Shown: positions 19,201-28,265 of the stretch, piece by piece
Layout of the letters: each line of letters starts with the position of its first letter
Position numbering within the stretch: the stretch's first letter is position 1
DNA from: a bacterium
GTDB lineage: Bacteria > UBA10199 > 2-02-FULL-44-16 > JAAZCA01
Reading direction: 5' to 3'
DNA length: 64,000 nucleotides
Assembly (NCBI GenBank): GCA_963674695.2
Contig: CAXXGI010000001.1
Coordinates: forward strand, 608,001 to 672,000
Translations under genes and position numbers: made by a program
The notes under the pieces: generated by a model
Told to the model about the DNA's origin: nothing
What the model saw: only the letters and a program-made list of their open reading frames with translations
Databases searched by the model: none

Positions 19201-21775
19201 ACGCGGGCTCATCTCTCTCCCCGAGACGGCGACGATCACCGTGAATGCCATCAACCAGGCGCCCGTCGCGCGCATCGGCGGCAACTTCACCGTCGGCGAA
19301 CAGGAGGATATCTTCCTCTCGGGAGCGGAAAGCTCTGATGCGGACGGCAATGCGCTCACCTACGCCTGGGTGCTCACCGATAACGGCGGCGGCACCTGCA
19401 ACTTGACCGTCGCGAATCAGATGGAGACGCGCGTGACAACGAATATCGTCAACGCCGCGACGAACTGCACGATTCAACTGGTCGTCAACGACGGCATCAC
19501 CAATTCAGTCGCAGCCATCGAAACGCTCACGGTCCTCAACACCGACAATACCGAGCCGGAGGTGACGACCGTGCGCCTGACCGACACCGGTGGCGGGGAC
19601 ACGACCTACAACCTCCCAGCCTCTATCGGCCCCTATGCGATGAACGAAAACGAAACGCTCACGATTGCGGTGACCGCCACCGACGACGATGGCGATCCGC
19701 TGGTCTATCGCTATACGCAGATCGCGGGGGCGAGCCTCAACCTCCCTGCGGAGGATGACGATTCCGTCGATGTGGGCATCCCCGAGATTGCCGGCATCGC
19801 GAATGACACGATCGTCATCCGCATCGACGTCGATGATGATCAGGGCGGCACGAGCACGCCGGTCTTCGCGATCATCACCGCCGCACAGGTGGATCGCGCA
19901 CCGGTGGCGAACGCCGGCCCCGATCACGCGGCCAACGAGGGCGACCTGGTGACGCTCGATGGAACGGAGAGTGCCGACCCGGACACCGACGCCCTCACGC
20001 TCACCTGGGAGCAGATCGACGCCAACCCGGCGCTGCCGGAATTTGTCGCCGGCGGCGGCACACTCGTCGGCATGCGCGTGCAATTCACCGCACCGAGCAC
20101 GCTCACCGCGGATACGACCTACAGCTTCCGCGTGACTGCTGATGACGGCCGCGGACAAACCGCAACCGATGATGTCGACGTCATCGTGCGCAACAGCCAG
20201 AACGCTGTGCCGACGATCGTGCTCGGCGATCAGACCGTCGATGAAGGCGACATCGTCACCGTCACCGCGATAGTGACCGAACCCGACACGATCGGAGGTG
20301 GGAACGAACAGCAGGTCCACACCTCCACCTGGATGCAGACCGGCGGTCCAGACGTCGATATCACCGTCAACGGGGTCGATCAGGACGAGTTCAGCTTCGA
20401 TGCCCCGACCGTGAATGCACAGACCGACTTCACTTTCCGCCTGATGGTCTCCGATGGTCGTGGCGGAGTCGCGATGGGCACTGCGGTGATCACGGTGCGC
20501 AACAACGTCAACGAAGCGCCGGTGGCAAAGGCGGGCGTGGATCGCACGGTCTCCGAGCAGACCACCGTCGTCCTCGACGGCACGCGTTCGTATGATGACA
20601 ACGATCCGAATAAAGAGAATCTCACCTTCGCGTGGACGCAGACGGCCGGAACCGCGGTGACGATCGATGCGGCCAACGCTCAGGTCGCCACCTTCGTCTC
20701 GCCGAAGGTCGTCGAGGCGGGCCAGACGCTCACCTTCGAACTCACCGTCAGCGACAACGACGCCACCGATCCGAAGACAGCGACCGATACGGTGACGATC
20801 ACGATCACCAACGACGTGAATGAAATGCCCACCGTCGACGCCGGCGACGACGTCATCACCGGCGAGGGTCAGGCCGTCACGCTCACCGCGGTCGGCACCG
20901 ATGAGAACGAGGCCGATGACTCAACGCTCACCTATTCCTGGGTGCAGATATCCGGAACGACGGTGACGCTCGAGGATGCCGATACGGCCGCGATGAGTTT
21001 CACCACGCCCACGGGAGAGCGCAACACGACGCTCGTCTTCGCGGTCACCGTCACCGATCCGGAGGGCGACTCGGCAACCGACACGATCACCGTCGATGTG
21101 CGCGATCTGTTTCTGTCGTGCGCACAGACCGAGATCATCGCCGCGAACGGCGAGGAGGTGACCATCGAGTGCACCGCCCAGACGGGTGAGGATGCAGCGG
21201 CTATCTTCTATGAGATCGTCGCGATCAATGGCCAGAGCACAGGCGGAGTGGCGCGTGCAGCCGAAGAGGAGTACATCACACCGGTGGAATTCTCCGTCGC
21301 CACCGATCCGACGGCGCCGATGTTCGACCTCACCGCGCCGGCAACAATCGATTTCTCCGCAGCGGCCGCGCCATCATCACAAACCTACAACGTGGCCCTT
21401 CCCTCGCAGGACTTCGAGATCACGCTCGCGATCGGAGAGAATCAGCAGACGACCTACGAGGCGCGGCAGACCTGGATCCGCACCGCCGTGCTGCCGACGA
21501 TCGATTCGCTCGACGGCATACGCTACACGATCCGCGCAACGGCTGTGAGCCAATACGGCAGCGAGGATGCCGCCGACGTGGTCATCACCACCGAGCCCCC
21601 CTTCTCTATCGGCGGAGGCGGTGGCCGTGGCATGTTTGGTCTGGGTATGATGGGATGCCAGCTCAACGCCCGCGCGAACGAACACCCCAGCCGCAATTCG
21701 TTCATCGCGTTCCTGTTCCTCCTCATGAGCACGTTCGGCGCCATCCTCATCTTCCGCCGCGCACGGTCGCAGTGA
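16280..21775 (+). CDS. giant surface protein: signal peptide, 21 TSP3-like Cys-paired repeats, PKD/cadherin-like Ig repeats, GC-TM-RR C-terminal sorting tail
   Basis: 1831 aa; DxDGDG..E..CGxDP..PxDxDGDGxCD units; PVANAGPD/LTFAWTQTAG units; tail GGGG..GCQL..TM..RRARSQ. Confidence 0.92.
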   Translation: MTKTRIALILTLILMIFLALPESAFAADGDGDGWQDAAEILCGTDETNVADMPTDTDGDGVCDVLEDSDLDGDGFSAGVEMLCGSDPADAGDVPTDTDGDGDCDTIDADRDGDGWYDAIEDGCGTDPADAGDVPTDTDGDSICDAMEVSDRDGDGVVDAIETLCGSNPADAGSIPTDTDADGDCDAIDADRDGDAWANTMETACGTDADNAADVPTDTDGDNVCDAMEDGDTDGDGVENAVETVCGSDPANAASTPTDTDGDGDCDAIDDDDDADGWIDALETACGNDPVDAGDIPTDTDTDGICDLMETADLDGDTYANAHETLCNSNPSDAGSTPPDTDGDGTCDAIDPDIDADGWINELETLCATDPSDNASIPVDTDGDGLCDAMETADIDGDGFENAIETMCGSDPADAGSTPADADGDGTCDTLDADTDGDGFGNDIETVCDSDPNDAGDTPTDTDGDGTCDALEDDDLDGDGFASAIEALCGSDPADAGDTPADADGDGDCDAIDADIDGDTWANTMETACGTDPNNAADVPTDTDGDLICDAMEQDDIDGDGVANVIEDLCDSDPADAGSTPTDSDADGTCDTLDADRDGDGWSNAIEAPCGTSADNAADIPLDLDADGVCDAMEDADTDGDGSTDAEENLCGSDANNAAVTPIDAAHDADGDGTCDALDADRDGDGWDDTIETGCGTDPADGADVPADTDGDLICDAMEVADIDGDGFSNALETICGSSTTDALETPTDITRDIDGDGTCNELDADRDGDGWDDTIEAPCGTDPADGGDTPADTDGDSICDAMEIADTDGDGFSNTLETICGSSTTVAGQTPIDATRDIDSDGTCNALDNDQDGDGWINDIETLCGFDAADAASIPADVDGNGICDALQDPARPVITALTIDGVAGPATKDEGTVVTLGVTASDPLNDTLTYLYTRVSGPAVVLPGGDGTNTLAVTLPSVAGDEQLIIRVAVQNERGLISLPETATITVNAINQAPVARIGGNFTVGEQEDIFLSGAESSDADGNALTYAWVLTDNGGGTCNLTVANQMETRVTTNIVNAATNCTIQLVVNDGITNSVAAIETLTVLNTDNTEPEVTTVRLTDTGGGDTTYNLPASIGPYAMNENETLTIAVTATDDDGDPLVYRYTQIAGASLNLPAEDDDSVDVGIPEIAGIANDTIVIRIDVDDDQGGTSTPVFAIITAAQVDRAPVANAGPDHAANEGDLVTLDGTESADPDTDALTLTWEQIDANPALPEFVAGGGTLVGMRVQFTAPSTLTADTTYSFRVTADDGRGQTATDDVDVIVRNSQNAVPTIVLGDQTVDEGDIVTVTAIVTEPDTIGGGNEQQVHTSTWMQTGGPDVDITVNGVDQDEFSFDAPTVNAQTDFTFRLMVSDGRGGVAMGTAVITVRNNVNEAPVAKAGVDRTVSEQTTVVLDGTRSYDDNDPNKENLTFAWTQTAGTAVTIDAANAQVATFVSPKVVEAGQTLTFELTVSDNDATDPKTATDTVTITITNDVNEMPTVDAGDDVITGEGQAVTLTAVGTDENEADDSTLTYSWVQISGTTVTLEDADTAAMSFTTPTGERNTTLVFAVTVTDPEGDSATDTITVDVRDLFLSCAQTEIIAANGEEVTIECTAQTGEDAAAIFYEIVAINGQSTGGVARAAEEEYITPVEFSVATDPTAPMFDLTAPATIDFSAAAAPSSQTYNVALPSQDFEITLAIGENQQTTYEARQTWIRTAVLPTIDSLDGIRYTIRATAVSQYGSEDAADVVITTEPPFSIGGGGGRGMFGLGMMGCQLNARANEHPSRNSFIAFLFLLMSTFGAILIFRRARSQ
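16361..18946 (+). repeat. intragenic tandem repeat, 21 units of ~120-132 bp in alternating A/B types
   Basis: counted from the translation. Confidence 0.9.
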
Positions 21776-21797
21776 TCGTCGTGGCACACCGAAACAC

Positions 21798-21835
21798 AAA
21801 CCCCCTTCCGCGATCCCATGTGGAAGGGGGTTTTT
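21798..21835. terminator. intrinsic (probably bidirectional) terminator
   Basis: AAACCCCCTTCC...GGAAGGGGGTTTTT between convergent genes. Confidence 0.8.
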
Positions 21836-21857
21836 CAATCGTTCAACCGAACGTCGT

Positions 21858-22046
21858 CTATGAACAGCAGTTCTTCTTCTCCTTGCTCTCGCCGCAGCAG
21901 CAGCGGTTGATGAACCCGCGGATGATGACGAGCGCACCCAGGACGGTGAGCGCAATCGGCGCCCAGCTGAGATTCCACCACGCAAAGACGATGACACCGA
22001 TCCCTAAGATGATCGTGCAAAAACACGGCAGCCATTTCTTTTCCAT
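21858..22046 (-). CDS. small 2-TM protein with Cys-rich tail
   Basis: 62 aa, AAAGGGGGG RBS, tail RCCCG...NCCS. Confidence 0.65.
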   Translation of the reverse strand: MEKKWLPCFCTIILGIGVIVFAWWNLSWAPIALTVLGALVIIRGFINRCCCGESKEKKNCCS

Positions 22047-22145
22047 CGTATCCCCCCTTTCGTGAATGGTGTGACCGAAATCTATCAGGATTGATCTCCG
22101 ATCTCAAGCCCGCTCCTGACAGATCTAATGCGCGGAAAATACCAC

Positions 22146-22172
22146 GAAACTTCCTCAGAAAACTGCCGATAA
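22146..22172 (+). promoter_or_regulatory. sigma28/FliA-type promoter
   Basis: GAAACTTC-N11-GCCGATAA. Confidence 0.6.
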
Positions 22173-22212
22173 TTCTACCAGTGCTACAATCCCTTTTTTA
22201 CAGGAGGTCCCC

Positions 22213-22578
22213 ATGTCTGAAATACAGCTCGGCATTCGTTTTCACATCCCTGACACATTCGGCTTTCAACCGATAGAATCCCTGCCAAAGAAATCGCTCT
22301 TTACCAATGAATCGTCCAAGGAAATGATGCGTTCGCTGAAGCAGAAACCCCTGCGCCTGCAGCTCACACTCAACGGCATCATGAGCAGACCGCAAGGACA
22401 TCGCATCAGCGGAGGGCTGAACCTGCGCAAATTCCTGAACTCGCTCTGGATGCAGGAGCAGCACCTACCTCCGCACATGGATGTGCCTATGGATGTGCCT
22501 TTTTCTGAGCTTGACGGATTCGAGCTGGGCCTGGAGAACCTCCTGCACGGGTCGTCCCCATTTCCCCGGCTCGACTGA
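22213..22578 (+). CDS. hypothetical protein, no signal peptide
   Basis: AGGAGGT RBS; promoter upstream. Confidence 0.65.
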   Translation: MSEIQLGIRFHIPDTFGFQPIESLPKKSLFTNESSKEMMRSLKQKPLRLQLTLNGIMSRPQGHRISGGLNLRKFLNSLWMQEQHLPPHMDVPMDVPFSELDGFELGLENLLHGSSPFPRLD

Positions 22579-22628
22579 CGTCGGCCTGGCCGCTTGCACG
22601 ACCCTCACGCACGCGCTAGAAGATCATC

Positions 22629-23300
22629 ATGTTTCGTCTGCGCCTGCCCATCCTCATCTCGCTTGCCATTCACCTGACCCTCATCGGCGCAGTGGTTCTG
22701 GGTGCGCTCTTCATCGTGCACGATGAAGCGCCCCAACTCGGCGGCATCGGCGGTGCGGGGGGCGAGGTCGTCGATGTCTGGCTTGCCGGGCCACGCGGCG
22801 AGACGTTCGGTGAGAGGGCGGCGCTCAGGGGCACAGAGGAGCGAGCGCGCGCGAAGGCGCGGCGACGAATTCTTCGGCGAAAGACAACCAAACGGGAAGA
22901 GGGGGAAACAACGCGTCGAACGGTCGTGCACGCCGGCGCGGGCACGAGCGCGGGAGTGGGCAGCGGTCTCGGCACGGGCGTGGGCAGCGGCGCGGGCGTG
23001 GGAACGGGATCGAGCGTGGGCGCAGGCAGCGGCGGCCCGAGCGTCCTGGCCGAGATCTGGAAGCGCATCAACCGAAACAAATACTATCCCTCGATGGCGC
23101 GGCGCCAGGGGCTCGAGGGGAAACCCAAGGTGACCTTCGTCATCGACGGCGATGGCTCGATCGCGCGCGTCCACCTGGCTCAGTCCTGCGGTTCGAGCGT
23201 TCTGGACAACGCCGCCATCGAAACGATCCGGCGCGCCGCCCCGCTCCCCTTCTATGCGGGGCCGATCACGGTGACGGTGCGCTATTCGCTTGAGGAGTAA
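22629..23300 (+). CDS. TonB family protein
   Basis: N-terminal TM with SxxxH; YPSMARRQGLEG; SCGSSVLDNAA...AAPLP. Confidence 0.88.
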   Translation: MFRLRLPILISLAIHLTLIGAVVLGALFIVHDEAPQLGGIGGAGGEVVDVWLAGPRGETFGERAALRGTEERARAKARRRILRRKTTKREEGETTRRTVVHAGAGTSAGVGSGLGTGVGSGAGVGTGSSVGAGSGGPSVLAEIWKRINRNKYYPSMARRQGLEGKPKVTFVIDGDGSIARVHLAQSCGSSVLDNAAIETIRRAAPLPFYAGPITVTVRYSLEE

Positions 23301-23305
23301 ACGGC

Positions 23306-24205
23306 ATGATCCAGATTCGTCGCAAAAAGGAGAAACCGAAGGGCCAGGCGCTCGGCTCTATCAAGGAGTCTCCCAAAAAGGAATCGGGCGGCACGTATGT
23401 CGGCGCCTTTCCGGGAAAGCCGTGGGAACGACTCACCGAACGCTTTCACCGCCGCGGATCGAGACTGCTCACCCTCTCCGATGAGGAGCAGCGCGAGGTC
23501 GTTGAGCTGGCCCGACGATTCTTCGGCTGTGTGAACGACGATTTCCCTCGCGCGCGCATCGCGATCCAGACGGCGCTGGACGCGCCGACGGAGAAGGCGG
23601 CGCGACACTTCTTCGAAGTGACGCTCTTTCCGGAGAAGCGGCTCGTCGTGCGCGCCTACCTCACCAACGCCTCGGGGCGCTTCATCGAGCATGAGAACGC
23701 GCTCGCGCTGCTCACCCATATCGCCAATGCCGGGCTCGACTTCGAGGTCGGCGCCATCGACCATGTCATCGATACGGAACTTCGCACGGAGCTGATCGTC
23801 GGCGACGGGACGGAGGTGATCTCGGCCACCGGCTACTGGTTCGCGCACACCCATCCGGCGCGCGCCGGGGTCACCGAGAACATCCTGCCCTCGACGCAGG
23901 ACATCGACGTGATGGTGCTGACCGCACACGCCTGGGCGCAGCATGGTCATCGATGGGAGACGGAGTATTATGTCCTGCGCGATATCGGGGGGACGCGCGT
24001 GAGGATCGAAACGAACAAACCGGAGGGGCCGGCGCCCGCGACGATCGAGGGCGTCGCCATCGCCTACTGGTTCGACGGCGACGACGCCTCCGCCGTCGAC
24101 CGACACCGCCGTGCCCTCGAGGCCCACCTGCGCATGCGCCATCATATCACCGCAGATCAACTCACAGTCCGCCGCGAGTCCTCGCGCGAGAGCATCTCTC
24201 CGTAG
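23306..24205 (+). CDS. hypothetical protein with JAB/MPN-like metal motif
   Basis: FAHTHP...ILPSTQD; upstream Glu in IEHE. Confidence 0.65.
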   Translation: MIQIRRKKEKPKGQALGSIKESPKKESGGTYVGAFPGKPWERLTERFHRRGSRLLTLSDEEQREVVELARRFFGCVNDDFPRARIAIQTALDAPTEKAARHFFEVTLFPEKRLVVRAYLTNASGRFIEHENALALLTHIANAGLDFEVGAIDHVIDTELRTELIVGDGTEVISATGYWFAHTHPARAGVTENILPSTQDIDVMVLTAHAWAQHGHRWETEYYVLRDIGGTRVRIETNKPEGPAPATIEGVAIAYWFDGDDASAVDRHRRALEAHLRMRHHITADQLTVRRESSRESISP

Positions 24206-24221
24206 AGTTTGTCGTTTTTGA

Positions 24222-24292
24222 TGTCATTCCCGAGGAATCGGGAATCTCGACGTACGTGAAAAATCGAGATTCCCGATTCCTCGGGAATGACA
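24222..24292. repeat. REP-like inverted doublet (ATTCCC-N8-GGGAAT)
   Basis: TGTCATTCCCGAGGAATCGGGAATCTCG ... CGAGATTCCCGATTCCTCGGGAATGACA. Confidence 0.9.
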
Positions 24293-24307
24293 AAAAAAGG
24301 ATAAAAG

Positions 24308-26149
24308 CTAAGGATGTGCAGGCAAGGCGCAAATCTGTCGTTCGTCGTCGTAGTAAGGATCGCCGAAGACGGGGCCGATGGGTTCATCGATGTGGATGGT
24401 GAATTTGGCCAGCCCCCCGGATTCGCCTTCGGGATTCTCGCCGTAGGGACCGATCGGGATCGCGCCACCATCCATGCGCGCCAACTGCGGCATCGAATCC
24501 CGGTACGGCTCCGGGTTCCAGAAACAGTCGGTCAGCATCTGCGCGATCACGATCCCTCCGACAACGAAGGCGAGCTTGGTGCCCACGGTGATCGCCGCAC
24601 CCGGAACGATGAATGGGCCACCGATGATGAGAACCAGAGCTGCACCGACACCGATGAGCGCGACGGTTCCATATTTCCACTGCTCTTCACGTGAATAGGG
24701 GATGATTTTGTCCTCTTTATCGACACGCTTCACCGTATATCCGACAACGGCATCGCTCAGCTGGTTCAAATTATGGCGCAGCATAAAGCCACCCCCAGCA
24801 GTATTGAACACCATGGCCACCGCCATGATCGGCACCGGCGGCAACTTCGCTCCGATGAGCGCGATATCGGTGGCCATGATGACGCTGCCGCCACGACGGG
24901 CCATCTCGGCTGCAGATGCAAAAAACCAATAGGCGTGCTGTATCAATCGGAAGGCATTGTCGCCGATGTCGACGCAGGCATCGCCGAGGGCAAAGACATC
25001 ATAATTCTCGGGATCGTTCTTATAGTTGTCGATCTCGCGGTCGATCTTGACCACACTGGCCGCGATCCCCGCGCCGTAGGCGAGCTGCGAAAAAACCTTT
25101 CCCCACCGCGCCAGCTTCAATGCCTTCTCCTGCAGGCGCCAATACTTGCTCGCCTCCTTGCCATGCACCTTTTCAAACGCGGCAAGGGCCTTTGCCCCTC
25201 CCTCACGCGCCTCGCGAAAGGCGTGATAGGTCTTGATGTCGGAAACATTCTTCGCCGCGCCGTTGCCCAAGGCCTTGAGGATGTCGCCCGCCGCGCGCTG
25301 CACCGCCCCTGCACCACCGTTGAACTTCTGGACGCCGACGAAGATCGTGGAGGTCCCCGTATCCGAACCGATCATCGCCCAGGTCTTGCCATCGCATCCT
25401 TCATCGGAGGCCAGACACACGCCCCCCGCGACCATGTTGCCCGCGATGCGCATGTAGTTGGCGCGGTTGAACCACTTGCCCGCATCCTTGCCCATCGCAC
25501 CGCCGGCCGCGCGGACCTCGTTGCGATGCTCGCGCAGCTGGGCCTGGCTCTTTCCCCGCAGCTCTTTGGGCATGAAGACGCGGTCGTAGGCCTTGCCCAC
25601 CCTGGTGTCGCTGTCGAAGATGCGCGAGAGCGTCGACGTCTTGGTGAAGATCGGCTGGTTCGGATTGTCGAGGTATTGAAATTTGTTCCCCCGCCCGAAG
25701 CGCTGGCCATAGGAATACATCCCGCGGGTGAAGGCCATGCGCCAGGCCGCCTTGCCGGACTTGTGGATGCCGTAGGCGAACTCGCTGTTGATCTTTTCCT
25801 CTTCCTTGGCCGAATCGAAGATCGTCCCGTCCGGATTGCGGATGGGTGAGAGCTCTTCGGTCATCGGCCCGGGAAGGGTCGAGAGGAGATTGTTCTCGAT
25901 CCCCTGAAAGAAGGCGTCGAGCTGCACCTCGCTCGCGGCCATGATCTGGATCGAACCGGATGCAGGGTCGAAGAAGGCGCCCGCACCGCCGGGGATGTCG
26001 ACCGCCTCATCGGTGATCGTGATCGTAACAGGGGTTTCCGGCGTGAAGGGACCGAACGCCGCGCTCAGCGGCGCCATGGCCGGCGCCATCGCGAACGGAT
26101 CTTGGCTCACTTCGGGAAGAGCATGTGTGGATTCGATCCGATCGCCCAT
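24308..26149 (-). CDS. hypothetical protein with several Gly/Ala-rich hydrophobic helices, no signal peptide
   Basis: 613-aa ORF; GGGGAG RBS. Confidence 0.8.
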   Translation of the reverse strand: MGDRIESTHALPEVSQDPFAMAPAMAPLSAAFGPFTPETPVTITITDEAVDIPGGAGAFFDPASGSIQIMAASEVQLDAFFQGIENNLLSTLPGPMTEELSPIRNPDGTIFDSAKEEEKINSEFAYGIHKSGKAAWRMAFTRGMYSYGQRFGRGNKFQYLDNPNQPIFTKTSTLSRIFDSDTRVGKAYDRVFMPKELRGKSQAQLREHRNEVRAAGGAMGKDAGKWFNRANYMRIAGNMVAGGVCLASDEGCDGKTWAMIGSDTGTSTIFVGVQKFNGGAGAVQRAAGDILKALGNGAAKNVSDIKTYHAFREAREGGAKALAAFEKVHGKEASKYWRLQEKALKLARWGKVFSQLAYGAGIAASVVKIDREIDNYKNDPENYDVFALGDACVDIGDNAFRLIQHAYWFFASAAEMARRGGSVIMATDIALIGAKLPPVPIMAVAMVFNTAGGGFMLRHNLNQLSDAVVGYTVKRVDKEDKIIPYSREEQWKYGTVALIGVGAALVLIIGGPFIVPGAAITVGTKLAFVVGGIVIAQMLTDCFWNPEPYRDSMPQLARMDGGAIPIGPYGENPEGESGGLAKFTIHIDEPIGPVFGDPYYDDERQICALPAHP

Positions 26150-26179
26150 GGGAATAATCTCCCCTTTCAGAAAACGTCT

Positions 26180-26749
26180 TTACGGCGCGGGAATCGCGGA
26201 CGATCCCCCATCGAGCACCTCCCAGACCGCCGGCGTCGTGGAGTGGGAGACCTTGCAGTCTTCCGCATTGGTATAGAGCGCGGCCGAATCGATGATGTGA
26301 TCTCGATCGGCGCTGAGCCCGCCGACGACTTCCTTCAGAAATGACTGATGCTGCGCGGCTACATCGGCGTCATTCGCGATACAACCCAGTCCCACAATCA
26401 TCATGTCGATAACGACATTGGCCGAGCAGAAAGTCCACTCGCTCCCATCCGCCTTCTTCGCCGTCATGCTCCAGAGTTTGGTCGCATTGTCATAGATCAG
26501 CACCGTGCGCCCGCCGTCGAAGAGACCGATGTCCACTTCACTATCGACCGCAATCTCCAGGCGATAACCGGAAGACGTCGCCTGCCCCTCGATGTCGAAG
26601 CTGTCGACGAAGAGGTCGTTTCTGCCGCAGGCAGCCGTCACACACTTTTCGTTGTGCCCGCTCTCGCAGCGATCGACCGGCTCAAAATCGACGCCGCTAT
26701 AATTCAGGGAAAAGGACTCCGGAAACCTGCTCATTTCCATATCCGACAT
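26180..26749 (-). CDS. hypothetical acidic Cys-containing protein
   Basis: 189 aa; AGGAGG RBS; co-oriented with 24308..26149. Confidence 0.75.
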   Translation of the reverse strand: MSDMEMSRFPESFSLNYSGVDFEPVDRCESGHNEKCVTAACGRNDLFVDSFDIEGQATSSGYRLEIAVDSEVDIGLFDGGRTVLIYDNATKLWSMTAKKADGSEWTFCSANVVIDMMIVGLGCIANDADVAAQHQSFLKEVVGGLSADRDHIIDSAALYTNAEDCKVSHSTTPAVWEVLDGGSSAIPAP

Positions 26750-26893
26750 AACCGCCTCCTTGGACGTGTGGGCGCCGGTTTGCGCCGTTTGCGGAGGGGG
26801 GGTACCATAGGTTGCGTCGGATAATCAAGTGGAGAATTGCCAAAATTGAACTGTCACCGCCGTGGGAAGCGATCTTGCAACCTACTGATAATA

Positions 26894-27901
26894 CTACATA
26901 TTATTGACAACCGAACCGTCCTCGATCGGGAAAAAGGCCTCGATATGGGCCTGTATCTGAGCGGGCGTGGTCGCTGTGTGGAGATCGCGCAGGAAAAGCT
27001 TCACGCCGGGAATCCCCTTGGCATACCAGGGAAGCATCTGGCGCATCTGCAGGACGGCGTAGTGTTCGCCGAGAAAGTCGATCAACAGGTTCATATGACG
27101 CAGCGCCATCGCGCCGCGCTCGGCGAGCGTCGGCGGCGCGGCATCCGGATCGAGGATCTGCTGGAAGATCCAGGGATTGCCCACCGCCGCGCGACCGATC
27201 ATGACGCCGTCGCAAGCGGTCTCCTGCATCAGGCGCAGCGCATCGGCGCGCGAACGAACATCGCCGTTGCCGATCACCGGGATGGAGAGTGCCGTCTTGA
27301 CGGCGGCGATGACCGACCAGTCGGCCGTGCCGGAAAAACCCTGCATGCGGGTGCGGCCATGCACCGCGACCGCATCGGCCCCCTCCTCCTGCGCGATGCG
27401 CGCGATCAGGGCGGCGTTGATCGAATCCGCATCCCATCCGGAACGGATCTTCACCATCAGCGGAAGCCTGGTCGCCGCGCGCACCGCCGCGACGATGGCG
27501 CGCACGAGATCCGGCGTCTTCATCAGCGCCGCGCCCGCCCCCTTCTTGCAGACCTTCGGCACGGGGCACCCCATGTTGATGTCGATACAGTCGATCGGTT
27601 CATCCGCGATGATTCTCGCCGCCTCGGCGATCGCCGCCGCCTCGTTCCCAAAGAGCTGTACGCCAAAGGGGCGCACCGCTGCATCGTTGGAAAAATAGCG
27701 CCGCGTTCGCTCCTGCGCCTGCAAGACCCCCTTGGCCGCGACCATCTCCGAGATCGCCAGGGCACAGCCCTGCTCCATCGCGAGCAGACGATACGGAAGG
27801 GAGGAGAGCCCCGCCAGGGGTGCCGCAATCAGGTTGTTGCGCAATTGAAGCGAGCCGATGGCGATCGAGGGAAAATCGCATTGTTCGGATGTCGATGACA
27901 T
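26894..27901 (-). CDS. dusB: tRNA-dihydrouridine synthase B
   Basis: IDINMGCPV, VHGRTR, GNGDV, GVMIGRAA.GNPW. Confidence 0.95.
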   Translation of the reverse strand: MSSTSEQCDFPSIAIGSLQLRNNLIAAPLAGLSSLPYRLLAMEQGCALAISEMVAAKGVLQAQERTRRYFSNDAAVRPFGVQLFGNEAAAIAEAARIIADEPIDCIDINMGCPVPKVCKKGAGAALMKTPDLVRAIVAAVRAATRLPLMVKIRSGWDADSINAALIARIAQEEGADAVAVHGRTRMQGFSGTADWSVIAAVKTALSIPVIGNGDVRSRADALRLMQETACDGVMIGRAAVGNPWIFQQILDPDAAPPTLAERGAMALRHMNLLIDFLGEHYAVLQMRQMLPWYAKGIPGVKLFLRDLHTATTPAQIQAHIEAFFPIEDGSVVNNM

Positions 27902-27909
27902 GGCGTTTC

Positions 27910-28052
27910 CTATAGAGTTCCTGTCCAGAAAAGGGCTTTTGTTGTCATTCCCGCGAAGGCGGGAATCCCGAAGCACTTGAAAAATCGAGATTCCCGCCTT
28001 CGCGGGAATGACAAAAATCGGAAAAATCGCCTTTTCCGAGCAGGAACTATAG
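27910..28052. repeat. MITE-like element: imperfect outer inverted repeats around a REP-like doublet (27943-28013)
   Basis: CTATAGAGTTCCTG..AAAAGG / CCTTTT..CAGGAACTATAG flanking GTCATTCCCGCGAAGGCGGGAATCC and its inverse. Confidence 0.65.
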
Positions 28053-28106
28053 GAGATGCGGACGCGAGGCGCAACCCCGAGCAAATTCAACGCATGTTTC
28101 TTGAAA

Positions 28107-28253
28107 GCGTGGCCTTCCCGCCAGCTCTCCGAGCGGCTTCTTCGAGCGCCGCCTTCACAAGCCTCCAATCCCGCGGCGCGAAGAAGAGCAGGCGACGAGC
28201 CGGCGTTTGAGGCGAGGAGCCGTAAGCGAGGAGAGCTGGCGGGAAGGCCATGC
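28107..28253. repeat. branched palindromic element with a 21-bp perfect terminal stem
   Basis: TGGCCTTCCCGCCAGCTCTCC ... GGAGAGCTGGCGGGAAGGCCA; inner CTTCTTCG/CGAAGAAG stem. Confidence 0.7.
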
Positions 28254-28265
28254 CGTACGACGACT

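Noticed and set aside
26760-26895. sigma54 or sigma28 promoter for the 26749 operon
   Set aside because: Candidate GG/GC pairs have the wrong spacing and no clear GCCGATAA is present; only an IHF-like site is visible.
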